DNA of 64,000 bases from an uncultured Bacteroidales bacterium (GTDB taxonomy: Bacteria; Bacteroidota; Bacteroidia; Bacteroidales; VadinHA17): positions 129,758 to 193,757 of the forward strand of contig CAVURA010000014.1 of the NCBI GenBank assembly GCA_963743775.1, in the 5' to 3' direction. Shown here piece after piece: positions 43,154-53,373 of this stretch. The translations under genes and the position numbers were made by a program. Position 1 is the first letter of the stretch. Each line of letters opens with the position of its first letter. The notes below the pieces were generated by a model. That model was not told the origin of the DNA. It made no database searches and saw nothing but the letters and a program-made list of their open reading frames with translations.

Positions 43154-45726
43154 TTAACACTCGCCCCTCTGAACAATTGATCAGCCGCCTGCAGTATCTT
43201 CAGCTTCAGATCCGGCGGATAGTCCGGGTGGTCATCAAGGAATTTCCCGACGGTAATTCTTGCCTCTTCCGAATGATGACCTGCCAGGGTGGTGGTGATC
43301 CAGCTCCCCGGGAAGAAAATATCACCGGTGCTTTTTATCTCCTCAAGCATCTCCAGCGACGGAAGGATGTATTTTTCCGATCTCTTTGCCACCATCGGGT
43401 GGTGAAGGTATCCCAGCGCTTCGATTACCCACTGTTCATGCTCACGGTTCACCGGATCACTGAGACTGCCGAAGAAAGCATCCCGGACCGCCTGGTCTTG
43501 TGAGACGGAGGGCACCACGAAATCAAACCGGAGCAACCGGTCATTTTCGGTAATTCTGTCGCGCTGACCGGCGATGATCTCTTCCGCGTTGCTATAACCT
43601 TTGGCCGCCATGGTCAGTGTGAGTGTACACAGATCATCCTCGCTCAGTTTAAGACCGCCTGGCAACATGGTACTTTCCCAGGTTTTCAGTAGATTCATCA
43701 TTCCGTCTTCCGTTACGGCTATATTGCGGTAAAGGCTGAACCAGGTTCGCTGAACAGCGGGGTCAGTGGTCTGCAATACCTTATTCCACACCATCGTCCC
43801 GGCATCTGCTGCTACGGAATCGCGCTCAGCCGCTGAAAGAAAATCCCAGAAGACCGATGAAAATCTCCCGGCAAGATAGTTGCGCAACTGGAGATCACTC
43901 TCCGATTCAAGTGCAGTGAAGATGGTGTTATAAAAGGTGGCAGGAGCCATATTCCCATTGACAAGATTCTCATACATGTTGATCCACAGAACACCCCTCA
44001 GCAGCGGATCGGCAAACTCATTTACATGCAGTGTCAGGTGATCCGCAGTGATGCTGTCAAAAATAAAAGTACCGTAAGCCCTGCCTGAGATATCTGGTAT
44101 AATGCACAAAGGTTCATCTTCTGTCATGATGAACGATTTACTGTCTTCAGGCATCACTTCTCCGGTCACCGTATCAGTCCTGGTAATGACCATCGTATTC
44201 AGTGTCTGTGGCCAGTGCCTGATTGTTCCCGCAGGATCATCTTCCCTGAAGGTGACTTTGTAACCGTCCTGCTGCCTGGTGACAACCGGGGTCATAACAG
44301 GCATGCCCGCTTCCCTGACCCACATCCTGCTCCACTCTTCCAGAGGTTTACGGGTCACCTTTTCAAGTATTGAGATGAGGTCATCCCATCTGGCATTACC
44401 CCACGAATAATTCTTCAGATAGATCTGAAGTCCTTTCCGGAAATCTTCCTCTCCGGTCAGTTTTTCAAGATGTTGCATTACTATCGGCGCCTTATTGTAG
44501 ATGATTGCCCCATACAGTGAGCCGGCATCTTTCATATTGTCGAGGTATTGTATTACCGGGTTGGTGCCGCGGGTACGGTCGACAGCATAGGCGGCAGGGT
44601 AACGCGAGAGCAGAAAACGAAGCTCATGGTTGATGTCCGGGAAGTCAGGGCTGACAATCTTGTCTGACATGTACCCGGCAAATACTTCTTTGAGCCAGAC
44701 ATCATCAAACCATTTCATTGTGACAAGATCGCCGAACCAGATATGCGATGTCTCATGTGCAATGAGCGAAGCACGCGAGAGTCTTTCATTCAGGGTGGGC
44801 GATTCATCAAGAAGTAGTGAATTTGCCCGGTAATATATCGATCCGGGGTGCTCCATACCGCTGTACTGGAATGAAGGGATAAGGACGAACCCGAATTTTT
44901 CAAACGGATAGGGTATTTGGGTATAATCTTCAAGCCACTTCAGCGAATTGTAATGAAGTTTAAAGATTTCATCGGCATTATTTTCAATATAACCGGGGCG
45001 CGTCTCGCGGTGCAGCATCTCCATTTTCACGCCGTTAATTTCCTTTTCCACCAGGTCAAATTTGCCGGCGGCGAATGCAAAGAGGTAGGTGCTTATAGGT
45101 TTTGTCTCAGCGAAACGCACTGTGACATTATTGTCAGTTGTGTCTGTGGCAACGGCCGGACTGTTGGACATAGCCCTGTACCCGGACGGCATTTCAAGAG
45201 TGAGCTTGAAGCGGGCTTTTATATCCGGCTGGTCGAAACATGGGAATGCCGTTGAGGCACGGTCAGGGACAAACAGGGTATAAAGAAAATCATCATTGCG
45301 GTTGAGGGACAGGTCTCCTGCACGGAATGAGAGTTCAATCCTGTTGAAGCTTTTTGTCAGGTTTTTTTCATCAATAATGATATGTCCATTGAAAACTGAC
45401 GGATCAGTTACCTTACCGTTGACAAGCAGCGAATGAATGTATTCCTGTGGTACACGGAAATCGATGACCACCGGTTCACGTTTCGATGTCAGGGAGAAGT
45501 CTATAACGGCCTCACCGGCTATCGGCGCTTCTTTTCCTTCAGGGATGCTGAATGAGAGCTCATAGCTTACATCTTTTACGGTGGCATTACGGTATGTTGC
45601 CAGAAACTTCGAGACACCCTCCTCAAAATATTTTTCCTTGTCAACAGGGTGACACGATGTGACCAGCAGAAAGGGAGTGACTATCAGCAGGGTCCGGGCA
45701 GATGGCATGAACCACATATCTAACAC
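43147..45726 (-). CDS. M1-family zinc aminopeptidase (aminopeptidase N-like), probable lipoprotein
   Basis: GMEHPG exopeptidase motif. HETSHIWFGD plus WLKEVFA, which is the HExxH-x18-E pattern. Lipobox LVTSC. The start may be the internal ATG at 45708. Confidence 0.85.
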   Translation of the reverse strand: MLDMWFMPSARTLLIVTPFLLVTSCHPVDKEKYFEEGVSKFLATYRNATVKDVSYELSFSIPEGKEAPIAGEAVIDFSLTSKREPVVIDFRVPQEYIHSLLVNGKVTDPSVFNGHIIIDEKNLTKSFNRIELSFRAGDLSLNRNDDFLYTLFVPDRASTAFPCFDQPDIKARFKLTLEMPSGYRAMSNSPAVATDTTDNNVTVRFAETKPISTYLFAFAAGKFDLVEKEINGVKMEMLHRETRPGYIENNADEIFKLHYNSLKWLEDYTQIPYPFEKFGFVLIPSFQYSGMEHPGSIYYRANSLLLDESPTLNERLSRASLIAHETSHIWFGDLVTMKWFDDVWLKEVFAGYMSDKIVSPDFPDINHELRFLLSRYPAAYAVDRTRGTNPVIQYLDNMKDAGSLYGAIIYNKAPIVMQHLEKLTGEEDFRKGLQIYLKNYSWGNARWDDLISILEKVTRKPLEEWSRMWVREAGMPVMTPVVTRQQDGYKVTFREDDPAGTIRHWPQTLNTMVITRTDTVTGEVMPEDSKSFIMTEDEPLCIIPDISGRAYGTFIFDSITADHLTLHVNEFADPLLRGVLWINMYENLVNGNMAPATFYNTIFTALESESDLQLRNYLAGRFSSVFWDFLSAAERDSVAADAGTMVWNKVLQTTDPAVQRTWFSLYRNIAVTEDGMMNLLKTWESTMLPGGLKLSEDDLCTLTLTMAAKGYSNAEEIIAGQRDRITENDRLLRFDFVVPSVSQDQAVRDAFFGSLSDPVNREHEQWVIEALGYLHHPMVAKRSEKYILPSLEMLEEIKSTGDIFFPGSWITTTLAGHHSEEARITVGKFLDDHPDYPPDLKLKILQAADQLFRGASVKK

Positions 45727-46088
45727 AGCTCCTGGAACGCCTGCCTGAATGCCATGGGTCTGGCGATGTTGTGGAAGGTCTCCTTTGTGCCGCCGGTGCC
45801 AATAATTGTAATTGAACCGTAATTGAAGATTCGACCCATCACAGTCTGGTCGACATTGACAGTTTCGATCTTGGAGAGGTTCATCTCAAAAGTTCTACGG
45901 GCAATGAAGCCTTCTTTGATAACAATGCGCCGGTTGGTAATTACGAATTCCGACAGCCACCTTTTCATCCAGGCATAAATAGTAAGCGTAAATATTGATT
46001 TCAGTGAAAAGAAGATGACCCAGTGTAGTTTGGTTTCGTAGGCCACTGTCTCATCCTTGATAAGATGTTTTTCGACGTAGCTGCCCAT
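45720..46088 (-). CDS. Bacterial PH-domain (bPH_2/YdbT-like) membrane protein
   Basis: A two-TM hairpin followed by ITNRRIVIKEG...TFE...I..V...Q...GRIFNYG.I.I, typical of DUF304/bPH_2. Confidence 0.65.
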   Translation of the reverse strand: MGSYVEKHLIKDETVAYETKLHWVIFFSLKSIFTLTIYAWMKRWLSEFVITNRRIVIKEGFIARRTFEMNLSKIETVNVDQTVMGRIFNYGSITIIGTGGTKETFHNIARPMAFRQAFQELC

Positions 46089-46116
46089 ATTGCTTTATGT
46101 TAATTCATTATTCTGA

Positions 46117-46503
46117 TCAGTCAGTGACTTTCACGGCCTTGTCCTCGCTCTGCCACAATCCGTGTTTGGTACAAACAGCCATGGCGCTGAGGTTCATTGA
46201 CACTTCCGGGGCGACGATGAAAAAATCGACCTCAAAGTGCGTAGGTTTATGACCGTTGACGCCGGCAGTATACCTTGCCTCGGCAAGCAGTGTCTCCCGG
46301 TTCCAGAGTTGCATAAGGCCTATGAAATGGTCAGGGTCATCGGGATGGAGATATTCCTCGCCGAGTCGTACCTTGACCATGAATTTTTCTCCCCGTTTAA
46401 CGGAGTCGGGACAAATTACATGCGGCATGTGGCGGTCAAGGTAATCGCGCATTACCTCTTTGTCTTCCTTCTCTACCTCAAGGGCTTTGAATACTCGTGG
46501 CAT
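46117..46503 (-). CDS. Superoxide reductase-like protein (desulfoferrodoxin ferrous-iron domain, neelaredoxin type)
   Basis: Aligns by eye to 1Fe-SOR. DRHMPHVI matches EKHVPVI, LHPDDPDHFI matches PHPxxxxHHI, and VCTKHGLWQSE matches YCNIHGLWENE. All four His and the Cys ligands are present. Confidence 0.7.
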   Translation of the reverse strand: MPRVFKALEVEKEDKEVMRDYLDRHMPHVICPDSVKRGEKFMVKVRLGEEYLHPDDPDHFIGLMQLWNRETLLAEARYTAGVNGHKPTHFEVDFFIVAPEVSMNLSAMAVCTKHGLWQSEDKAVKVTD

Positions 46504-46621
46504 AGTTTATTTCTTAAAGTGGTTATTGTAAGATTTTCATTCAGATCATCTCTCTGATCAGCATGTAAATTTAGTAAAATTCTGTATCTTCCCTGGCATT
46601 TTTCAACCTTTGGCCCGGACG

Positions 46622-47059
46622 TTATTCTTTCCTGTCAGGTGCTTCAACATACTTTTTGAAATTATTCAGGATCGCCTGCCACCCTTCCTTCTGAAGTTCA
46701 ATAGAATTTTCCTGTTCAGCTTCGAAGGCTTCCGTGAATGCTGTCACATCTCCCCTTGGAAAGAACAGTACCTGCATGTTTCTTCCGTCGTCGAGGGTGG
46801 TTTCTATTTGTTTGTGCTGTTCCACCCTGGTGTGTTTACCTGAAAAGTCGAAGCCGAACCGTCCATCCTTCGACTCCATGCGGGAAAGAAACCTGCCTTC
46901 TGTTCTCAGGTCGTTTTCTGCCTTTGTGGTGTGCCAGTCGTCTGATGCATGGTTCCAGTGAATTATATGCCTCGGATCTGTCCAGAGCTTCCAGACAGTT
47001 TCAACCGGTGCCTGTATTGTTGCTTCGACGATGATGATTGTTTTTTCCGGTGTTTTCAT
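46622..47059 (-). CDS. SRPBCC/AHSA1-family protein
   Basis: Starts at the ATG at 47059 (MKTPEKTIIIVEATIQAPVETVWKLWTDP...). Shows the typical Aha1/START-like pattern. Confidence 0.7.
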   Translation of the reverse strand: MKTPEKTIIIVEATIQAPVETVWKLWTDPRHIIHWNHASDDWHTTKAENDLRTEGRFLSRMESKDGRFGFDFSGKHTRVEQHKQIETTLDDGRNMQVLFFPRGDVTAFTEAFEAEQENSIELQKEGWQAILNNFKKYVEAPDRKE

Positions 47060-47212
47060 GACGGTTCCTCCCCCCCCCTTACATTTCATGAATAGAAACA
47101 ATCCGGAGGTATATTATGTTTATCTTTTAGGAGCCATATCAGTCCCTGATATTTGAAAATCTGAAAACATTTCGGTTTTTAATGTAAATTGGCTGGCCCA
47201 ATTCTGACACAC

Positions 47213-48736
47213 ATGAAAAAAATTATTTACTTCTTATTTCCTGCCTTAATATTTGTTTTAAGCACACATTTTTCGGTCTGCAATGCACAGGGCCTGACTG
47301 AAACGAAAGACTCAATCTACTCTGACATTCTACAGGAACAGCGGACGTTAAGAGTCTTTGTTCCCGATACATGGAAACCCGGTTCGGAGGAGAAATATGA
47401 GGTTATCTATCTGACAGATGGGGAATGGGTCTCTGAAATATTCCCGTTTATATACAGGTTCAACAGGAATGAGAATTATATTCCGCAGCTAATCCTTGTT
47501 GCCATTCCCAACACCTACATTGACAAGGTAAACCAGCGCGACAGGGATTTTTTACCTGTTCATGTGAATGATACTGCTTTATCAGGAGGTGCGGACAAGT
47601 TTCTCTCCTTTCTTAAAAACGAGCTTATCCCGTACATAAATAAAACCTATCCGTCCAACGGGACAAACTCTTTGTACGGACACTCATATGGCGGATTGTT
47701 TTCAATGTATGCATTCCTTGCCGAACCGGAATTATTCGAATGCTGTTTTGCCACCGATCCTTCCTTCTGGTGGAACAAAGATTTTGCAGTAAAGCTGGCT
47801 GCCGAAAAACTTGGAGATATCAAAACAGAAAGGCATTTATGGATTGCCGGGATAGAATCAACCTATAAGGGTATGGGAATCGGTCGCATGGATTCGGTTC
47901 TGAAACTAAAGGCCCCCGAAAATATATACTGGAAAATAGGCTTGTTCCCAAACGAAAGTCATAATTCCGTAAGGCTTAAAGCAATATATGACGGCCTTAA
48001 ATTTTCATATGCAGGTTATCCCGGAACCCCGGCCCAGTTTCATCCGATGAACGGTATTCTTCTGAAGGACAAACCAACTATGATCTTCATTGCCGGTTCT
48101 TATCCAGACCTCAGGTATACGGTGGATGGTACGGAGCCAACCAGCACATCACCTCAGGCTGAGCAGATGTTTACTATAACAGGACCAGCACTGTTAAGCA
48201 TAAAGTCGTTTATCCCGGGAGCCAAATACGGTGCAACGGCAAAAGGAAATTTTGAGCTTGGAGAAGTGATGCCGTCACTGCCGAAGATAAAAAAGGCTGC
48301 CCCCGGAGGATTAAAGTATTCATATTATGAAGGAAGCTGGGACAGCCTGCCGGATTTCAGCAAATTAAAACCTGTCGCAACAGGCGTTTTTGATACCACA
48401 TTTAACTTTCAGAAGCTCTCCCGCAATGTCAATTTTGCATGCCTGTTCGAAGGGTATCTGGAAGTTGTGAAAGATGGGTATTACATTTTTGGAATAAATT
48501 CAGATGACGGCGCAAAACTTTATCTCGGCGACAAGCTTATTTTAAATAATGACGGACTTCACGACGATTCTGGTACAAAGTCGTTTGTACTGCCATTGCA
48601 GAAAGGATTTTATCCCGTCAGGCTTGAATATTTCCAAAAGGAGGGAGGCTCTGCTATTAAGCTTGTTTATCTGGTTCCGGAAACAACACCTGTGAATCCG
48701 ATTATGATACCTTTTAAGTTACTGTATCATAAATAG
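47213..48736 (+). CDS. Secreted esterase (alpha/beta hydrolase, 'putative esterase' family) with C-terminal PA14 domain
   Basis: Signal peptide from the ATG at 47213. GHSYGG nucleophile elbow. YTVDGTEPT segment, as in the chitobiase C-terminal-like module. PA14 pattern YYIFGINSDDGAKLYLGDKLILNNDG...YPVRLEYFQ. Confidence 0.7.
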   Translation: MKKIIYFLFPALIFVLSTHFSVCNAQGLTETKDSIYSDILQEQRTLRVFVPDTWKPGSEEKYEVIYLTDGEWVSEIFPFIYRFNRNENYIPQLILVAIPNTYIDKVNQRDRDFLPVHVNDTALSGGADKFLSFLKNELIPYINKTYPSNGTNSLYGHSYGGLFSMYAFLAEPELFECCFATDPSFWWNKDFAVKLAAEKLGDIKTERHLWIAGIESTYKGMGIGRMDSVLKLKAPENIYWKIGLFPNESHNSVRLKAIYDGLKFSYAGYPGTPAQFHPMNGILLKDKPTMIFIAGSYPDLRYTVDGTEPTSTSPQAEQMFTITGPALLSIKSFIPGAKYGATAKGNFELGEVMPSLPKIKKAAPGGLKYSYYEGSWDSLPDFSKLKPVATGVFDTTFNFQKLSRNVNFACLFEGYLEVVKDGYYIFGINSDDGAKLYLGDKLILNNDGLHDDSGTKSFVLPLQKGFYPVRLEYFQKEGGSAIKLVYLVPETTPVNPIMIPFKLLYHK

Positions 48737-48791
48737 GGCCTGACAGGTTCGACAATAATAACTTCTACTGTCGTAAAAAGTATTGGCAGTT

Positions 48792-48828
48792 TCTGAGATG
48801 AGTTGAGAGGCAGTTGACCCTGAATGAA
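48792..48828 (+). repeat. Weak GTTGA-unit repeat (locus D)
   Basis: tCTGAgatgaGTTGAgaggcaGTTGAcccTGAatg. The segment gagttgagagg also occurs in locus B. Confidence 0.4.
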
Positions 48829-48923
48829 TTTATCCTTAACGAACTAAATAAGATCATAGGGGATTTTATCATTATTATCTTGATAAAAGTGTAATAATAT
48901 ACAATTTATTCATGATAAAAGTG

Positions 48924-48931
48924 TATATTTG
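48924..48931 (+). promoter_or_regulatory. Candidate -7 box (TATATTTG)
   Basis: Exact TAnnTTTG 24 nt upstream of the ATG at 48955. It is embedded in the second copy of a 13-nt direct repeat. Confidence 0.35.
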
Positions 48932-48954
48932 TCTCAAAGAACACAAACAATTTT

Positions 48955-50235
48955 ATGAAAAGGGACAAGTTGGCCGAGCTTATCCGGTGGAAAGAAAGCG
49001 CTGGCCGTAAGCCATTAGTATTGCGAGGCGCTCGTCAGACAGGCAAAACATGGCTGCTCAAGGAGTTTGGGACAACTCAGTTCCGACAACTTGTCTATGT
49101 AAATTTTGAAGAGACTCCGGGCTTGCAGGCATTATTTAGCAGTGATTTCGATATACTCCGCATTATCACAACTTTGCAGATTCACTCCAGGACGGTTATT
49201 ACGCCTGAAGACACATTAATTGTGCTGGATGAAATACAAGCTGCTGAAAGAGGATTAACATCCCTCAAATATTTTTATGAGAATGCACCTCAGTATTACC
49301 TGATTGCAGCCGGTTCCCTGCTGGGGATGGGTCTGCACACAGGTGACTCGTTTCCTGTAGGAAAGGTTGAATTTCTTGACTTACGTCCAATGTCTTTCAC
49401 TGAATTCCTTGATGCATTAAACGAAACTAATTTATCGGAACTATTAAAGAGGAAAGACTGGGAGACCATATCAGTATTCCACAATAAACTGACAGAATAT
49501 CTTAAGTACTTTCTCTTTGTTGGTGGTATGCCCGAGGCGGTCAGTGTTTTCTCTGAAAAAAAGGACTGGGATCAGGTACGTAAAATACAGCATCAGATAC
49601 TTAATTCATATGCGGGAGATTTCTCGAAACATGCCCCTTATGAGGTAGTCCCGAGGATAAATATGGTATGGCAGAGTATTCCCTCTCAGTTAGCAAAGGA
49701 AAATAAGAAGTTCATTTACGGTGTCATCCGCCAAGGGGCCAGGGCTAAAGATTTTGAAATTGCAATTCAATGGCTTGTAGATTGCGGACTGCTCCATAAA
49801 ATAAACAGGGTTACGAAGCCAGCCGTACCGCTGATCGCTTACCAGGACTTATCTGTATTTAAGCTGTTTCTGCTGGACGTGGGGCTACTTGGGGCAATGG
49901 CGGGCATTAGTATCCGCACATTAATAGAAGGAAATTCCTTATTTACAGAATTTAAGGGAGCTCTTACCGAGCAATATGTCATGCAGCAAATCAGGATTGA
50001 GGGTAACCGCTATATAGGTTACTGGACAAATGAGCGGAGCACTTCGGAGGTGGATTTTGTTATTCAGGAGGAGGGTGAAGTCATTCCGGTTGAAGTAAAA
50101 TCCGGAGAAAATCTCCATTCAAAAAGTTTCAGGCTTTTCTGTGAGAAATTTAAACCAGGAAGAGCAATAAGAACTTCAATGACTTCTTATAAAAAAGAGG
50201 ACTGGATGTCGAATATTCCTTTATATGGAATATAG
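48955..50235 (+). CDS. AAA-family ATPase with DUF4143-type C-terminal domain
   Basis: Walker A GARQTGKT and Walker B LIVLDEIQ. The C-terminal EVDFVI...PVEVKSG segment is PD-(D/E)xK-like and typical of this family. Confidence 0.75.
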   Translation: MKRDKLAELIRWKESAGRKPLVLRGARQTGKTWLLKEFGTTQFRQLVYVNFEETPGLQALFSSDFDILRIITTLQIHSRTVITPEDTLIVLDEIQAAERGLTSLKYFYENAPQYYLIAAGSLLGMGLHTGDSFPVGKVEFLDLRPMSFTEFLDALNETNLSELLKRKDWETISVFHNKLTEYLKYFLFVGGMPEAVSVFSEKKDWDQVRKIQHQILNSYAGDFSKHAPYEVVPRINMVWQSIPSQLAKENKKFIYGVIRQGARAKDFEIAIQWLVDCGLLHKINRVTKPAVPLIAYQDLSVFKLFLLDVGLLGAMAGISIRTLIEGNSLFTEFKGALTEQYVMQQIRIEGNRYIGYWTNERSTSEVDFVIQEEGEVIPVEVKSGENLHSKSFRLFCEKFKPGRAIRTSMTSYKKEDWMSNIPLYGI

Positions 50236-50319
50236 ATTTAGCATAAACCTTGGATCAAATCCGGTCGAAAGGTTCAGAATCACAATTAGAAGGATCGGTA
50301 ATATATTTATCATAGCATT

Positions 50320-51522
50320 ATGACACAGGTAAACCGGACAAAAGTAGATCAACAAAAAATAATCGGTGTTGCCTGGGCGGCACATAAGGGAGCCGATACG
50401 GATACGGTCAGCATCGCTGAAAAATTCATGCAGCAACTTCTTCCTCAGGGTACTTTCATGATGACTGATCAGCAACCGGATATTATCCTTTTCATGAGCG
50501 GCGGTTCGGAAAGGAAGGCTATTTCGATGATACAACACGGACATCCGGTGCTGCTGCTTAGCATAAAGGGGAATAATGCCTATGCTGCAGCTACTGAGGT
50601 AATGGCGTGGGCAGTGAACAACCACCAGTACGCTATGCTGTCCGATGCTGCTGAGGCTTCTGAATCAGGATTGATTGAGAAATGGTGTCAGGCTTTAAGG
50701 GCGTGGAACAGCCTTAAGGGGCAGAAGGCGGGACTGATAGGCTCCGTCTCAGAATGGCTCGTAGCTTCAGATGTGCCGGCTGAAATTTTTCAGAATCTGT
50801 TTGGCGTCACACTCGAGGTGATACCGTGGAATACTCTTCAGGATTACAGTACATATAAGCCGGATGCTGCTTTGCTGACCCGCTTTAATCGCGATAACCC
50901 GGCTGGACTGATCGAAGCTGCCAGGGTGCTTACTCTTTTACGCAGACTGGTTGAGAAAAATGACCTGAATGCGATTGCGGTTGAGTGTTTCAGCCTCGTG
51001 CAGCAACGGAAGGTTACCGCGTGCCTTGCCCTGGCCCAGCTCAACAACGAAGGTATGGTGGCGGCATGCGAAGGAGACCTTGCTTCAATGGCCGGGATGA
51101 TGCTGCTGAAGGCAGCAACGGGTTCAGTGCCATGGATGGCCAATACCACCGCAACAATCAACAACAGACTTCTTCTGTCACATTGTACAATTGCCTTTGA
51201 CCTCGTCAGTGACATAAAGTTAGCCACTCATTTTGAAACTGATTTTTCGCTGGCAGTAAACGGGAAAATTGATGCGTATGACGTTACTGTCTTCAGGCTT
51301 TCAGACACTCTCGACAGAGCCTTCATAGCGGAAGGCAAAGTGATGGGCCACCCTGACTTTACAAACGCCTGCCGCACCCAGGTTGAAATTGAATTACCGC
51401 CACAATCACTGGCTTTGTTGCGTACCAAGCCTCTGGGAAACCACCTTTTAATGGCACCGGGAAGGCACGCTGAATTTCTTCACCTGGCCTGTGCTTACAA
51501 AGGAATCAGGGTCATTGATTAA
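50320..51522 (+). CDS. L-fucose/L-arabinose-isomerase-like family protein (function uncertain)
   Basis: 400 aa, cytoplasmic. The AACEGDL segment and overall layout resemble sugar isomerases of that fold. The assignment is weak. Confidence 0.4.
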   Translation: MTQVNRTKVDQQKIIGVAWAAHKGADTDTVSIAEKFMQQLLPQGTFMMTDQQPDIILFMSGGSERKAISMIQHGHPVLLLSIKGNNAYAAATEVMAWAVNNHQYAMLSDAAEASESGLIEKWCQALRAWNSLKGQKAGLIGSVSEWLVASDVPAEIFQNLFGVTLEVIPWNTLQDYSTYKPDAALLTRFNRDNPAGLIEAARVLTLLRRLVEKNDLNAIAVECFSLVQQRKVTACLALAQLNNEGMVAACEGDLASMAGMMLLKAATGSVPWMANTTATINNRLLLSHCTIAFDLVSDIKLATHFETDFSLAVNGKIDAYDVTVFRLSDTLDRAFIAEGKVMGHPDFTNACRTQVEIELPPQSLALLRTKPLGNHLLMAPGRHAEFLHLACAYKGIRVID

Positions 51523-53344
51523 CCCCGTCCTGAATCACCGGCAACTTGCCCTGCCATGCCTTTACCCATTTCGGAATGGCATCTGAAAGAATAATAAACA
51601 CACAAATGACGATGACGATGGTAAGGATCATGTTAATAATGCCGGTGACCCTGGTTTCTGCATCGATGGCCTGAGGCAGGTAAATATTCCTGATATTCTG
51701 CCATCCGGCCGTCAGTGTTGTCAATCCGACAAAAATCATCGGGAGTACAGTAATCCATGCGTATTTTATCTTACCCCGGTTTATTATATAACTCGTTCCT
51801 ATTGCAAGTGCGATGGTTGCCAGCAGCTGGTTTGCACTCCCGAACATTGGCCAGATAGTTGCAACCGTTCCTGAATAAATAAAATATGCCCAGGCAAACA
51901 CAACCAGGCCGCTTGCCAGCAGGTTTCCGGGAAGCCAGTTGGTCCGGCTGAAAGGCTTATATACCTTGCCCGCTGCTTCCTGTAAAACGAAGCGTGCAAT
52001 GCGGGTTCCTGCATCAATGGTGGTAAGGATGAACAGAGCCTCAAACATAATGGCAAAATGATACCAGTAGGACATCAGTTTATCCATTCCCGGGATGGAA
52101 GAAAATATCTGTGCCATGCCCACAGCCAGCGATACTGCACCACCGGTACGGCCAATGATCTTTTCACCCACCTCCTGTGACAGAACCTGGATGTTGGAAT
52201 CAGTAAAGCCCATGGCATGAAGCTGCGGTAAAATATGCTGAAGCTTTTCGGGGGAAACGTTTATCATGAAATAATCGAGCGGTAAAAGACTGGCCGCGGC
52301 AATAAGCGCAAGAATGCTCACCAGGCCTTCGATAAGCATTGATCCGACTGCAATGAATTTTATGTCTTTTTCGTTCATCAGCATTTTTGGAGTTGTTCCC
52401 GAACTCACCAGCGAGTGAAAACCCGAAATGGCACCGCAGGCAATTGTTATGAACAGATAAGGGAACAGTGTTCCGGGAATGATCGGGCCTCCGCCATGGG
52501 CAAATACAGTTACAGCAGGCATTTTGAGATCCGGTGCAACAACAATTACCCCTACGGCAAGCATGGCAACAACGGAAATCTTCATAATTGCACTGAGGTA
52601 ATCGCGTGGTGCAAGCAAAAGCCAGACCGGCAACACAGAAGCCAGAAAACCGTATAGCGCAAGAATAATTGTCAGCGAATGATGATCGAAAGTGAACCAC
52701 GAGGCCATTGCAGACCCTGGGATATATCGCCCGTAAATGACCGCCAGAACAAGCATGATCACCCCGAAGATCGTTGCTTCTGCGGTTTTTCCTTTTCTGA
52801 ATTTCGTCATCCAGACACCCATTGTAAGGGCAATGGGGATGGTAGCTGCAATAGTGAAAGTTCCCCATGAGCTCTCGGACAGGGAGTTCACAACTACCAG
52901 TCCTAATCCGGCAAGGGCGACAATAATTATAATGATCACTGCCACCGAAGTGGTTATGCCACTTAACTTGCTGATTTCGCAACGGGCAATTTCGGCAATC
53001 GATTTTCCGTCGTGTCTTACCGAGGCTGTTAAAAGTACGATGTCGTGCACAGCTCCTGCCATCACAGCGCCGACCAGCATCCACAGGAAACCCGGAAAAT
53101 AACCGAACTGTACAGCCAGCACCGGCCCGACAAGAGGTCCCGCACCTGCAATGGCAGCAAAGTGATGTCCGAAAAGAATCCATTTATTGGTAGGATAATA
53201 ATTCTGACCGTCATACAAACGGTGGGCGGGTGTGACTCTTGATGGATTAATGGTCAGCACCTTGGCACAAATGAAACTGAAATAGAACCGGTATGCCAGT
53301 GCGAAGATCACCAGAGCGCATATCACCAGATACATTGCATTCAT
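51512..53344 (-). CDS. cstA: Carbon starvation protein A (peptide/pyruvate transporter family)
   Basis: YPTNKWILFGHHFAAIAGAGPLVGPVLA and other CstA-typical segments. About 16 TM helices. I prefer the ATG at 53344 because of a TAnnTTTG box at 53366-53373. Confidence 0.9.
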   Translation of the reverse strand: MNAMYLVICALVIFALAYRFYFSFICAKVLTINPSRVTPAHRLYDGQNYYPTNKWILFGHHFAAIAGAGPLVGPVLAVQFGYFPGFLWMLVGAVMAGAVHDIVLLTASVRHDGKSIAEIARCEISKLSGITTSVAVIIIIIVALAGLGLVVVNSLSESSWGTFTIAATIPIALTMGVWMTKFRKGKTAEATIFGVIMLVLAVIYGRYIPGSAMASWFTFDHHSLTIILALYGFLASVLPVWLLLAPRDYLSAIMKISVVAMLAVGVIVVAPDLKMPAVTVFAHGGGPIIPGTLFPYLFITIACGAISGFHSLVSSGTTPKMLMNEKDIKFIAVGSMLIEGLVSILALIAAASLLPLDYFMINVSPEKLQHILPQLHAMGFTDSNIQVLSQEVGEKIIGRTGGAVSLAVGMAQIFSSIPGMDKLMSYWYHFAIMFEALFILTTIDAGTRIARFVLQEAAGKVYKPFSRTNWLPGNLLASGLVVFAWAYFIYSGTVATIWPMFGSANQLLATIALAIGTSYIINRGKIKYAWITVLPMIFVGLTTLTAGWQNIRNIYLPQAIDAETRVTGIINMILTIVIVICVFIILSDAIPKWVKAWQGKLPVIQDGVNQ

Positions 53345-53365
53345 TAATGTCGCAATTTTGAAAAT

Positions 53366-53373
53366 CAAAAATA
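53366..53373 (-). promoter_or_regulatory. Candidate -7 box (TATTTTTG) for cstA
   Basis: Exact TAnnTTTG 22 nt upstream of the ATG at 53344. Confidence 0.35.

Noticed and set aside
48955-50235. AAA/DUF4143 ATPase as a defence or mobile-element marker
   Set aside because: It is a single gene with no neighbouring nuclease, methylase, integrase or transposase. This family is widespread as solitary genes, so there is insufficient evidence for a system.
52200-53183. 327-aa Cys/Arg-rich ORF and other long ORFs overlapping cstA
   Set aside because: These are alternative frames of a clearly conserved CstA coding sequence. Their composition (Cys/Arg/His-rich) is typical of out-of-frame translation.
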